The position numbers and the translations under genes were made by a program. Positions 34,536 through 44,203 of a stretch of DNA of 64,000 bases are shown here, piece by piece (the stretch's first letter is position 1; the number at the start of each line of letters is the position of its first letter). The DNA comes from a virus (taxonomy: Duplodnaviria > Caudoviricetes): the IMG/VR virus record IMGVR_UViG_3300028591_000004, positions 32,001 through 96,000 of that record. The stretch is one strand, 5' to 3'. The notes under the pieces are model-generated. The model saw only the letters and a list, made by a program, of their open reading frames with translations, was not told the DNA's origin and made no database searches.

Positions 34536-37364
34536 ATGGGAGAGAAGAGCTATCTAAAAAATCAAGTCTATTTACCCGGTTTCAACAGTTACGATCTTTT
34601 TACTGAGCAGGAATTTGAACAGTATATGAAGATCGTAGAAGCAAAAAACGAACTGAACAGAATTGAAAAAGATCAGAAATCACTAAAACAAAGTCTTATT
34701 ACAAAAAAAAAGGAAGCACAATCCAAGTTAAATGAATTAATCAACAAGCATGATGGTATTCCCAGAGAAGTCCGACTAAAAAATGTTATTTATCATCCTG
34801 ATTCAGAAGATCAATTTCCGGCTGGAGTTACGTGGCATAATCTGAATTTTTCAAAGAAAATCTCTGAGTTTTCATCTGAGCTTACAAGAGCGATGAAGCT
34901 TGAAAGAGATTATACTTTGGATCAGATTGTTGTGAAATGGAAATCCTTGGATGTAATGCATCAGTTGATTACAGATGGATTCTATATGAAGATTCTGAAT
35001 CCGGATGGATCAACAACAAACAAACATTATCATTTTTTCACAGCATCAGCCGGTCAATTAAGACGAGATAAACTTGTCTTTATTTCCGATGAAATGTGGG
35101 AGAAAATAAAAAAAAGAATTGAATGTGGACTTCCATGGGATGTAATCAATGCTCATGGAGGTATCTGTACAAATAAATTAATGGCTTATACTGCACTACC
35201 TGGAAGTGCAACAGATGAGTGGACAGACTTTGATTTGGATCGATGCATCGTCATCAATCAATTCAAAGGCAAAGTCACTGACAGGATGATGTACATTAAC
35301 CATGATTATACATACAAAGAAGAAGTATGTACCGTTGAAATTGATCACACAGATGGATGCGGTATGATGCTCCCGTCTGTTTCGGATTTCAACTTCATGG
35401 TTAGAGGGCCATATGTCAAAGGACTGTTGTGTGTATTTGACTATTTAAAGTTCTGTGAAGAGAAAGGTGTTCGGCCTGTCATTGTCGACTATTGGGGCTT
35501 AGAACACGATCTTGTAAAAGAAAACATACAGATCATCTTCACGGAAAGCATGGTCAAAATGGCAAAATTCTATGATTCATGGCAGGATTTCAAAGACAAA
35601 TGCCGTTCATGCGGTGCAATGTTCGGCAAAATGAACTATGAAGAAGAAGAAATAGATGACACAACAGTATGTTATCAGTTTACTCAAACGCTTACGGATT
35701 TCACAGACGAGGAAATAAAAGAGTATACAAAGCGGGAACATGATCGTATCATGAATGTCACAAAAGACAAAGATACGATGATCAGAACACTGAAAGGTGA
35801 TGTGAAATCTGATAATCCTTATAAAGCAGCGTTGGCTTATTATCCGGAAATGTTATGGGAAGGATATACGAGAAGCCAGCTAAAAGACACGAGGAAGAGG
35901 ATGCTTCTCGATGCGAAATCCGGAAAGATAAGGATGCTTAATAAACGTCTGTTTGCTATTCCGGATTTATATGCGGCTTGTGAGTATTGGTTCTGTCATA
36001 TTGAAGAACCGGAAGGGCTGCTGAAGAATGGAGAAATAGCGTGCTCTGTCTTTAGAAAATATAATGAAGCTGATGTTTTAAGGAGTCCCCATTTATACTG
36101 CGAGCATCGAATTGAAAAAATTTCGCATGATCCGGAAGTGTATAAATGGTTTAATACAAATGGTGTGTACACAAGCTGTAAAGATTTAATTTCTCGCGTT
36201 TTGCAATTCGATGTTGACGGAGATCAGCTGAATGTAATAGTTGATCCGTTGTTTGTTTCCGTAGCAAAACGCAACATTGAAAAATACGATGTAATACCTC
36301 TCTTCTACGAAGCGAATAAGCCCAAAGCAGAACCCGTTACAAAAGAGTCCCTATATAACGGGTTGAAAAGAGCTCACGATTACTCAAGTGGCGGTATTAC
36401 ATCAATAGGAGAGATATCCAACATGCTCACACGGCTTTGGAATCGTGAAAATCCTGACAGAGTAGCGGCAGCATGGTTAACCATGTTCAATAATTTAACA
36501 ATTGACGCCGCTAAAACCGGGCAGCTGTCCCATTATAAAGACTACCCGGCTGTAGCCAGAAAGATTAACAAAGCCATAGGAGGGAAAAACGGTCGGTTAC
36601 CTTATTGGTTCGCTTTTTCAAAGAACGGCCGAAAAGCTCCGGCTCCGGGAAAAAAGAAACGAAAGTACCTTGCTCCCAACAATTCAACAATGAATAGAAT
36701 TTGTGCTGCTTTCAGTGACATTGGCAACATCAATCTCCACAACGCAGACATTTCACCATTTAACTGGCAGATGTTTTTATCAGAACCATGCAAAGATACG
36801 AATCCTGAAATGTGTAAAGTATTTTGCGACATGGACAACATTAACATTTCTGGGGTCATAGAGGCTAAAGATTTTGATTACTTTACCGAAAGAGAATCAA
36901 AATCGAAATATGAACTTTTAGCCAAGATGATCATCGAAGAAATGACCGACCGATTCGGTCCGCTGGAAAACTCTTATCCGTATATTGTGAAGTTTCTGTT
37001 TGCGGATAAAGCAGTTGATAAAGCGGTTCATAAGCAAATGTTCTGGAGAGTTTATGGAGACATTGCTTTAAAGAACCTGAAGCAGAATCTTAGCAACTAT
37101 AAAGTCTGTAAAAACTGTAGTATGAAATACCCCATATGGGCAGAAACCCATACCTGTATAAAAGATAGCACTGGTTTTGTAACCTGTATTGACTGCGGTG
37201 CTGTTCGTCCAAGAATGAATTCAAAACAGCAGCGCTGTGAAATCTGTCAGGATATATACAATAAAACATCAGACTCAGTCCGAAAAAGAAACAAATACAA
37301 GAAATTAAAGGAAGAGGAACAACAACGTATTACTTCCTTGGTCTCGCGCTTAGAGAAGACATAA
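34536..37364 (+). CDS. YonO-like single-subunit RNA polymerase 2
   Basis: ASAGQLR, TDGCGM, RSPHL, catalytic FDVDGDQ, IDAAKT; C-terminal Cys-rich Zn ribbons. Confidence 0.9.
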   Translation: MGEKSYLKNQVYLPGFNSYDLFTEQEFEQYMKIVEAKNELNRIEKDQKSLKQSLITKKKEAQSKLNELINKHDGIPREVRLKNVIYHPDSEDQFPAGVTWHNLNFSKKISEFSSELTRAMKLERDYTLDQIVVKWKSLDVMHQLITDGFYMKILNPDGSTTNKHYHFFTASAGQLRRDKLVFISDEMWEKIKKRIECGLPWDVINAHGGICTNKLMAYTALPGSATDEWTDFDLDRCIVINQFKGKVTDRMMYINHDYTYKEEVCTVEIDHTDGCGMMLPSVSDFNFMVRGPYVKGLLCVFDYLKFCEEKGVRPVIVDYWGLEHDLVKENIQIIFTESMVKMAKFYDSWQDFKDKCRSCGAMFGKMNYEEEEIDDTTVCYQFTQTLTDFTDEEIKEYTKREHDRIMNVTKDKDTMIRTLKGDVKSDNPYKAALAYYPEMLWEGYTRSQLKDTRKRMLLDAKSGKIRMLNKRLFAIPDLYAACEYWFCHIEEPEGLLKNGEIACSVFRKYNEADVLRSPHLYCEHRIEKISHDPEVYKWFNTNGVYTSCKDLISRVLQFDVDGDQLNVIVDPLFVSVAKRNIEKYDVIPLFYEANKPKAEPVTKESLYNGLKRAHDYSSGGITSIGEISNMLTRLWNRENPDRVAAAWLTMFNNLTIDAAKTGQLSHYKDYPAVARKINKAIGGKNGRLPYWFAFSKNGRKAPAPGKKKRKYLAPNNSTMNRICAAFSDIGNINLHNADISPFNWQMFLSEPCKDTNPEMCKVFCDMDNINISGVIEAKDFDYFTERESKSKYELLAKMIIEEMTDRFGPLENSYPYIVKFLFADKAVDKAVHKQMFWRVYGDIALKNLKQNLSNYKVCKNCSMKYPIWAETHTCIKDSTGFVTCIDCGAVRPRMNSKQQRCEICQDIYNKTSDSVRKRNKYKKLKEEEQQRITSLVSRLEKT

Positions 37365-37432
37365 ACAGAGGGAATTTCTATCCTTCTTATGTTTTATGCC
37401 GTGCGTGGACGTCTTCTAACACAAGGACTGGT

Positions 37433-37852
37433 TTGAGGGTTACAAAACAGCTCGACGGCAAGCCGTCGAAGAATCTCCCGAAAATCTTAGTAACGGAGCC
37501 GACTGGCCACGACGACCTTTTAAATTTCTTATCAGTATATCAAACGCAGGATTATTTTAAAGGACCTCACTATCATCCGGAAGGTGCACTTTGCTGGTAT
37601 GCCTGTAACAAGTACGGTGAACCTTCCGGAGAAGTGATTTTTGCCAGAAAAGTACCTGTGAAAGAACTGATGTGGTCGTTTTCGTTTAAGAAAAAATACA
37701 GAATGGAAGGATTTAATCGATCGGTTAAATTCAAGAATGTATTTTCAAGAGAGCCCCGTTATGAAGATTATAAAACTTTAAAGCCGAGGTTATATCAATC
37801 GGTGAAAAAAACTGGGAAAGGAAAGAAAAAGAATGGCAACAAAAACAGATGA
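37433..37852 (+). CDS. Hypothetical protein
   Basis: TTG start after AAGGA (start uncertain). Confidence 0.55.
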   Translation: MRVTKQLDGKPSKNLPKILVTEPTGHDDLLNFLSVYQTQDYFKGPHYHPEGALCWYACNKYGEPSGEVIFARKVPVKELMWSFSFKKKYRMEGFNRSVKFKNVFSREPRYEDYKTLKPRLYQSVKKTGKGKKKNGNKNR

Positions 37853-38582
37853 TGTGTATGGCATTCTGAGAGTTGTTGATGTCAGCGGTCATGTCGAAGA
37901 AAAAGACACTGGCAAAGCGAAGCTGAAATATCTCTCCTGGGCATGGGCTTGGGACGAGGTTCGAAAACGCTATCCGAGCGCCAACTACACAATCGTCAAA
38001 AACGAACAGGGCCTTCCATATTTCATTGATCCTGCAATGGGAATTATGGTTTATACCACGGTTACCATTGAAAACGAAACACATGAAATGTGGCTGCCGG
38101 TCATGGACGGTGCCAACAATCCAATGAAGATGGAACCTTATGACATTCAGATGTCTTGGGGAAAGAAGCATGTTAATGCTGCAACAATGTTCGACATCAA
38201 CAAGACAGTTATGAGGTGTCTGACAAAGAATCTTGCGATGTTTGGTATCGGCCTTGCCCTGTATGCCGGGGAGGATCTGTTTGACGACACAGAGGGCAAC
38301 AAAGGCGATGCTGCGACAAAGAAAGCTGAGTCAAAATCGGAAGCGAAAGTCACAGCGAAGAAAGCTGAGGCCGAAAACAAGAAGGCTGAACCAGCACTGG
38401 GTCTTACAGAGGTTATCAAAGAACTCGATTTCAAAGTACAGGCAATGACAAAAAATATGACAGACGAACAGAAGAATGCGCTTGCAGAAACAATTAAACA
38501 GAAGTGCGGCATTAAGAACTATCGCATGTGTACAGATGTAAATGCGTTGAATAGTTTGCTTGCCGTGCTGCAGGCTGCATAA
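37833..38582 (+). CDS. Sak/Rad52-like single-strand annealing protein (DUF1071 type)
   Basis: LKYLSWAWAW, MWLPVMD, DINKTVMRCLTKNLAMFGIGL.LYAGEDL. Confidence 0.88.
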   Translation: MATKTDDVYGILRVVDVSGHVEEKDTGKAKLKYLSWAWAWDEVRKRYPSANYTIVKNEQGLPYFIDPAMGIMVYTTVTIENETHEMWLPVMDGANNPMKMEPYDIQMSWGKKHVNAATMFDINKTVMRCLTKNLAMFGIGLALYAGEDLFDDTEGNKGDAATKKAESKSEAKVTAKKAEAENKKAEPALGLTEVIKELDFKVQAMTKNMTDEQKNALAETIKQKCGIKNYRMCTDVNALNSLLAVLQAA

Positions 38583-38597
38583 GAAAAGGAGTAAAAT

Positions 38598-38984
38598 ATG
38601 GCAAACGATGCAACAGTATTTGTAACTGGAAACTTAATTAAGGACCCGACTCATAGTGTCGTAAACAATCAGGTTGTTGTTTCATTCACGGTTGCCGTGA
38701 ATACAACCCTGAAAAAAACAGATGGTTCTGGATATGAATCCAATTTCTATAATGTTTCCGTTTGGGGTAAACCAGCCGAATGGTTGCTGGAAAAGATCCA
38801 GAAGGGAACACAGGTTGAGGTGTGTGGAGATCTGTTCCTTCAGAAGTATATTAATCAAAAGACAGGCGAGGCTGGACAGTCTATGAACATTCGAGCTTAT
38901 AAGGTAACTCCTCGTGCGAGAATGAAGGGCGCTCCGACTCGTCAAAATAGTGCAGACCCTGATCCTGATACCCGTCCATTTTAA
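38598..38984 (+). CDS. ssb: Single-stranded DNA-binding protein (copy 2)
   Basis: GNLIKDP, FTVAVN, VSVWGK, KGTQV.V.G, tail DTRPF. Confidence 0.9.
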   Translation: MANDATVFVTGNLIKDPTHSVVNNQVVVSFTVAVNTTLKKTDGSGYESNFYNVSVWGKPAEWLLEKIQKGTQVEVCGDLFLQKYINQKTGEAGQSMNIRAYKVTPRARMKGAPTRQNSADPDPDTRPF

Positions 38985-39047
38985 CAACTGCTAAGAAAAG
39001 TAGCTGCTGATGTAATTAACATAAACAATTTGAGCATATCTCAAACA

Positions 39048-39116
39048 CTTTATCTATTTGAAACTTAATTAGAAACGGTCAAGACCCGTTTCAAATTAAG
39101 TTACAAATAGATAAAG
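39048..39116. repeat. 31-bp inverted repeat (candidate origin cruciform)
   Basis: Arms pair fully apart from two A/A mismatches 10 bp apart; between ssb and primase-helicase. Confidence 0.75.
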
Positions 39117-39330
39117 AGACAAATAAAATCATAGATTTTATTAGTTAGCAGTACGCATTATGATAAGCATTGGGAAACTATTATAATAATTATATAAAAC
39201 TATCAATGCTCTATCAGGTGTAATCGATAGAAAAGCGTAAACTATACCGAAGCGCAGCGACCATTCCAACTTAGGGTCGCTGCGCTTATTATAAATTAAA
39301 AATTTAGATAATGCGTAAGGAGATAAAATA

Positions 39331-41181
39331 ATGGATGCAATTTCTAGTGCTGTAATCGATCTGGCCGAAAAACACATTAAAGATTTTAGAATTAGGAACG
39401 GTCAGGTAATGGCAAAGCGTTGCCCTTTCTGTGGCGGCGGAATGAATAACGACTATGAAACTTTTGCAATTGGTTTGAGCAACGGCCTCTGGAATTGCAT
39501 GAGGGGTAGCTGCAAGAAAAAGAAAGGAAACTTCAAAGATCTGTGTGATTTCTTCGGAGAAACTCATTACGATATTGAAAGTTATGGACAGGTTGGTCAG
39601 ATGGTCACTAAAAAGAAGGCCTATGATAAGCCTGACGAAAACAAGTTCAACGAAGTAACTGAAGAAATCATTACTTATTTCGGAACTCGCAAGATCAGTG
39701 AACAGACAGTCCGGGAATGGAGAATCATGAGCGATGAAAAGGGCAATATTGTTTTTCCTTTTTATTGGGACGGAGTACTGACATATGTAAAATATCGTCT
39801 GCCTCGGAAAGTAAAAAAGGAAGAAAAGGTTGCCAAAGAATGGCAGATGGCTAATACCAAGCCCATTCTGTTCGGCATGGACAATGTGTCTTATAACAAG
39901 CCTCTCGTGATTTGTGAAGGTGAAATCGACGCTATGTCTCTGTACGAAGCAGGAGTAACGAATGTTGTATCCGTTCCCTGTGGATGTAACAACCTTGAAT
40001 GGGTTAATATCTGTTACGATTGGCTTGATCAGTTCAATCAGTTTATCCTGTTTGGAGATTCTGATGAACCCGGACAGGAAATGGTTTCTGTTCTGACCAA
40101 ACGGCTTGGCGAAGATCGCTGCATGATTCCCAGTGAATACCCTGAATTGGTCTACAAAGGCGAAGACTATGGACGTCTTTGCAAGGATGCTAATGAAATT
40201 CTCTATGCCTATGGACCAGAAGCTCTCAAGTCTCTCGTTGATGCTTGTGAACCTGCTCCTGTGAAGGGCATTCTGGATATCTCGTCTATTCCGTATATTG
40301 ATCCTACTACCATTCCGCGTATTATGACGAAGATTCCGGCTCTGGATCATGCTATCGGCGGATTCGCTGAAGGCGGAGTCACTGTAATCTCTGGTAATTC
40401 CGGAGAGGGTAAGTCTACAATTACCGGCAACATGCTTCTTAATGCTGTTGAACAGGGATATAAAGTTTGTGCGTATTCCGGAGAACTCAGCGCTCAGCAG
40501 TTCCTCGACTGGATTATGCATCAGGCAACCGAAAGCCGTTATATTGGGTACAAATACGATCAGCGTTCCGGTAAAAACGTAACATTTGTAAGCGAAACAA
40601 TTCAGCGTCGAATCAAGGACTGGCTGGCTGGAAAGTTCTTTCTCTATGATAATAACAATATCATGGAGACAAATCAGGGTGAAGCGGTCATTAAGATGTT
40701 TGAAATCTGTGCTCGTCGGTATGGATGCAAGCTTTTCCTTGCTGACAATCTCATGTGCATGACAGTCTCTCCGGAAGAAGAGAATCGTGCTCAGGCGAAA
40801 ATCAGTGCCCAACTAAAGGCATTTGCGACGAAGTATAAAGTCCATGTCATACTCGTTGCCCACCCGAGGAAGAGAAAGCCCGGAGAAGTGTTTTCTAACC
40901 AGGATATTTCCGGTTCTTCTGCTATCGGTAACCTCGCTGATACTGTTCTGAACATTGAAAGGCCTAACGTGCGTATTACGAAAAATCGGGCTTTCGGGAT
41001 TAAGGACCTGATCATTTGCACTTTCGATCCTTGTAACAGGAGAATTTTCCAGACCAGCACAAAGGATCGTATTGTTTACAGTTGGGATCATAGAGGAATC
41101 GAGCTTCCCGAAAATCCGGCGAACAAGCTTGAAGAGTTTGCGCTGCAGGGCGGCGGGGCTGAAGAAAAAGGTCCGTTCTAA
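39331..41181 (+). CDS. Primase-helicase (T7 gp4/Twinkle-like)
   Basis: Zn finger CPFC..C..C; TOPRIM CEGEIDAMS, DSD, KDANE; Walker A GNSGEGKST; VAHPRK; ISGS. Confidence 0.93.
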   Translation: MDAISSAVIDLAEKHIKDFRIRNGQVMAKRCPFCGGGMNNDYETFAIGLSNGLWNCMRGSCKKKKGNFKDLCDFFGETHYDIESYGQVGQMVTKKKAYDKPDENKFNEVTEEIITYFGTRKISEQTVREWRIMSDEKGNIVFPFYWDGVLTYVKYRLPRKVKKEEKVAKEWQMANTKPILFGMDNVSYNKPLVICEGEIDAMSLYEAGVTNVVSVPCGCNNLEWVNICYDWLDQFNQFILFGDSDEPGQEMVSVLTKRLGEDRCMIPSEYPELVYKGEDYGRLCKDANEILYAYGPEALKSLVDACEPAPVKGILDISSIPYIDPTTIPRIMTKIPALDHAIGGFAEGGVTVISGNSGEGKSTITGNMLLNAVEQGYKVCAYSGELSAQQFLDWIMHQATESRYIGYKYDQRSGKNVTFVSETIQRRIKDWLAGKFFLYDNNNIMETNQGEAVIKMFEICARRYGCKLFLADNLMCMTVSPEEENRAQAKISAQLKAFATKYKVHVILVAHPRKRKPGEVFSNQDISGSSAIGNLADTVLNIERPNVRITKNRAFGIKDLIICTFDPCNRRIFQTSTKDRIVYSWDHRGIELPENPANKLEEFALQGGGAEEKGPF

Positions 41182-41192
41182 AGGAGTAAAAG

Positions 41193-41438
41193 ATGCATTT
41201 TGAACAAGTTAAATTCAGAACGTACATAGGTGAACCAGACGCAGAGCTGGGTGGAATTGCAATATACAAATACGACAATTTAGAGGGTGTCATCTGCGGT
41301 CTCTGCGGCAGATGGCACCCAGCAAAAGAAGTAAAAATTCTCAAACAGTATAGAGACTGGGTTGATCTTAGTGACATAATTGTCGAGTTCAACGAAGTAG
41401 AACTTGATGACAGTTGGTTCAAGGATGAAAATGAATGA
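41193..41438 (+). CDS. Small hypothetical protein
   Basis: SD AAAGGAG; ICGLCG. Confidence 0.55.
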   Translation: MHFEQVKFRTYIGEPDAELGGIAIYKYDNLEGVICGLCGRWHPAKEVKILKQYRDWVDLSDIIVEFNEVELDDSWFKDENE

Positions 41439-41621
41439 AATACAATGCAATCATTACGATTGGTGTAGACCTGGCAAAAGCATTCGAGAAAATCGAAGAA
41501 GCTGAACAATGGCTTGATTCCATGAACGACGATTTAAAATATGCTTCTGTTATTCAGGAGCTGGACGATCATGGACACGTAATTGATTCATTTAATTACA
41601 CAGAAAGGTAAGGTGGTGCCT

Positions 41622-42638
41622 TTGGGCTTAATAAAAGACAATCATGTATATTCCTACAGCCAGTTAAGTTCATTCGATGAATGTCCGTATTCTTTTTATC
41701 TTCAACGCATTGAGCGAGTAGATAACATTATGTCCAATGCGTTTTCAGAAAGAGGTTCTTTGATCCATGATCTTCTGGACAAATGGGCTAAAGGAATTCT
41801 AAAAAAAGAAGATATGAAAGAAGAATACATTCGGAGATACGCGGATGAAGTTGTGACAGCATTTCCTTCGGTGATGAGGGGATATGCTGAAAAAGCTTAT
41901 TATTCTGGAATAGATTTTCTTGAGAATTTTGATGAATTCGAGGGATATAAAGTAGAATCTGCTGAAGAAAAGTTTACAATCGATTTACCTCTGTGTGATG
42001 GCTCTACTCGAAAGTTCACAGGTATTATTGACCTTATTCTTCGGGAACAATGGACAAATGATCTCGTTATCTGCGATCACAAATCGAAGTCAATGGCTTC
42101 GTTTAAGAAATCAGAAAACGAAATGTACCGACAACAGCTTCTTTATTCTTTATATGTATATGAAAAGTACGGAGAATATCCTAAAACATTGATGTTCCAT
42201 CTCTTCGGAGAAAACGGAGAAAAACCGTTTCGAGCATTTGATCTTAAACAATTCAGAGAAACGCTTTCGTGGGCTTCAGACTGCATCCATAAGATAGAAG
42301 GATATACAGTACTCGACTGGCTGACAGACAAGGACAGCTCAGATTTTTATTGCCAGAATCTGTGCAACGTCAGAAAAAATTGCAATAAGAGTGTTGAAAA
42401 ACCATTAACAAAAAAGGAAAAAGAAGAGCTAAAAGCTCGTCGAGAAGTTGAGACGAATAAATCCTCATCCGAAAATAATGAGCCTGCAATAGAAGAAAAT
42501 GCACCTGTAGAAAAGAAAAACAAAGAAACCGTTAAAACAGTTCTTACTTGTGAAAACTGTGGAGCTCCTTATGAGCCCGGTAAGAGAAAATGTCCGCATT
42601 GTAAAACATGGTATAAAACAAGAAAGGTGTATGAATGA
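41622..42638 (+). CDS. PD-(D/E)XK exonuclease (RecB/Cas4-like) with C-terminal Zn ribbon
   Basis: SYSQL..F..CP, G.IDL, DHKS, QQLLY, C..LC; start uncertain. Confidence 0.85.
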   Translation: MGLIKDNHVYSYSQLSSFDECPYSFYLQRIERVDNIMSNAFSERGSLIHDLLDKWAKGILKKEDMKEEYIRRYADEVVTAFPSVMRGYAEKAYYSGIDFLENFDEFEGYKVESAEEKFTIDLPLCDGSTRKFTGIIDLILREQWTNDLVICDHKSKSMASFKKSENEMYRQQLLYSLYVYEKYGEYPKTLMFHLFGENGEKPFRAFDLKQFRETLSWASDCIHKIEGYTVLDWLTDKDSSDFYCQNLCNVRKNCNKSVEKPLTKKEKEELKARREVETNKSSSENNEPAIEENAPVEKKNKETVKTVLTCENCGAPYEPGKRKCPHCKTWYKTRKVYE

Positions 42639-42857
42639 AGGCATACAAAGAACCTACACTGAGAAAAGCTTGCAGTAATGTAATGAACGAATGGAAATAT
42701 ATGGCTAATGTCGCTGTTTTAATTCGAGAAAATCGTTGCAGTTCTGATTTCATTGATGAAAACAAGCCTAAATTTACAGGTATCTATAAACGCTTATTAG
42801 AAGATCCGATTGAAGAAGTAATACGAGAAGCAAAACAAAACTAAAAGGAGATCAAAT

Positions 42858-43937
42858 ATGAAACAGGGACGAACATTGACAGAACTGGCAATGGAACTTG
42901 AGCGTCAACGAACAGCTAAAAAGGATTATCTTCTTGATACCAGAAACATGCACATGGATGCCTATGAGAACAACGCTCAGCTTAGTTTAACAAACGACAG
43001 CACGGGAGAGGTTCTGATTCTGAATGTAAACGAAATTGCGCATAATCAAATCGGGGCCAATCTTGGAATCCCTTCAAAGTATTATGACAAGATGCGGTAT
43101 GAAAATCCGGATTTGTTGGCCGCGAATGTAAATAGCTGGTTTGAAAGAGAACCGAAGAGAAGGATGATCCGTACGCTGGACGGAACAGCCAGAGCTTTTC
43201 TGAGCGATCGATATCGTCGAATTGACAATTTTGAAATTGCTCAGACGGTTCTTCCGATTATTGCAGAAATGCCTGAAGCAAAAATTGAGTCTTGCGAAAT
43301 CACAGACGAACGACTTTATATCAAGGTTGTAAATCCGCGTTTGACTACGGAAGTTGTTCCAGGAGATGTGGTCCAATCTGGAATGATGATTACCAACAGT
43401 GAAGTTGGTCTTGGTTCAATGACAATCCAGCCGCTTGTCTATCGACTCGTTTGTACAAACGGCATGGTTGTCAATGATGCAAAAACCAGAAAATATCACG
43501 TCGGAAGAGGGAATGAAGCAGCTGAAGATTATACAATCTACAGCGACGAAACTCTGATGGCCGACGACAGAGCGTTAATGCTGAAAGTGCAGGATTCTGT
43601 ACGGGCTGTAGTAGACCAGACAAGGTTTGAAAAGGTTGTCGATAAAATGCGCCAGGCAAAAGGCGCAAAAATCCTTACTTCGAATATTCCTGCAATGGTA
43701 GAACTCGGGGCCGCCGACTTCGGTTATACAAAGAAGGAAGGCGAAGGCATTCTGGATTATTTGATTCGTGGTGGCGACCTCAGCCTGTATGGATTCGCAA
43801 ACGCAACAACTCGTTATGCACAGGACGTTGCCAGCTACGACAGGTCTACTGCACTTGAAAGCGTAGGATACAGCATTCTCGGTATGAGTTCTGCGCAATG
43901 GAACAAGCTGAATGCAGTAGAAAGGGTTGCAGCGTGA
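42858..43937 (+). CDS. DUF932/DUF945-family protein
   Basis: RAFLSDRYRRIDN, NSEVG.GS, RLVCTNGM. Confidence 0.85.
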   Translation: MKQGRTLTELAMELERQRTAKKDYLLDTRNMHMDAYENNAQLSLTNDSTGEVLILNVNEIAHNQIGANLGIPSKYYDKMRYENPDLLAANVNSWFEREPKRRMIRTLDGTARAFLSDRYRRIDNFEIAQTVLPIIAEMPEAKIESCEITDERLYIKVVNPRLTTEVVPGDVVQSGMMITNSEVGLGSMTIQPLVYRLVCTNGMVVNDAKTRKYHVGRGNEAAEDYTIYSDETLMADDRALMLKVQDSVRAVVDQTRFEKVVDKMRQAKGAKILTSNIPAMVELGAADFGYTKKEGEGILDYLIRGGDLSLYGFANATTRYAQDVASYDRSTALESVGYSILGMSSAQWNKLNAVERVAA

Positions 43938-44185
43938 ATATAATAAAATCACTTCATACGGCTCTCGGAGATTTAAAGATCTCCGAGAGTCCATTTTCAT
44001 CAGGCGATTATCCTGGATATGCGTTATCGATACAAATCGACAATGAGGAATATGAATTTGCTTTGATTGAAGTAGACAATCAGACTGAAGAATTAAAGAT
44101 TCACATCTGGGATGGATATCAGGACGATCCATGTTTTACATTAAATCAAAATAAAGAAAGAATCATTGGTGGAGAATTTCGGTAA
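43934..44185 (+). CDS. Small hypothetical protein
   Basis: GTGA overlap with the upstream stop. Confidence 0.5.
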   Translation: MNIIKSLHTALGDLKISESPFSSGDYPGYALSIQIDNEEYEFALIEVDNQTEELKIHIWDGYQDDPCFTLNQNKERIIGGEFR

Positions 44186-44203
44186 AAGAAAGGATGATGC
44201 GGA

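Noticed and set aside
37263-37432. Programmed frameshift from RNAP2 into the next ORF (frame open upstream of its TTG)
   Set aside because: No clear slippery heptamer with stimulatory structure; a TTG start with an AAGGA SD explains the ORF.
39304-40812. 502-aa antisense ORF opposite primase-helicase (likewise 22955-23779 opposite the RAMP-like gene)
   Set aside because: Codon-mirror artefacts of well-supported plus-strand genes.
41622-42638. Cas4-like nuclease as spacer-acquisition machinery for the array
   Set aside because: It is 17 kb away, within the replication module, where such exonucleases are routine partners of SSAPs.
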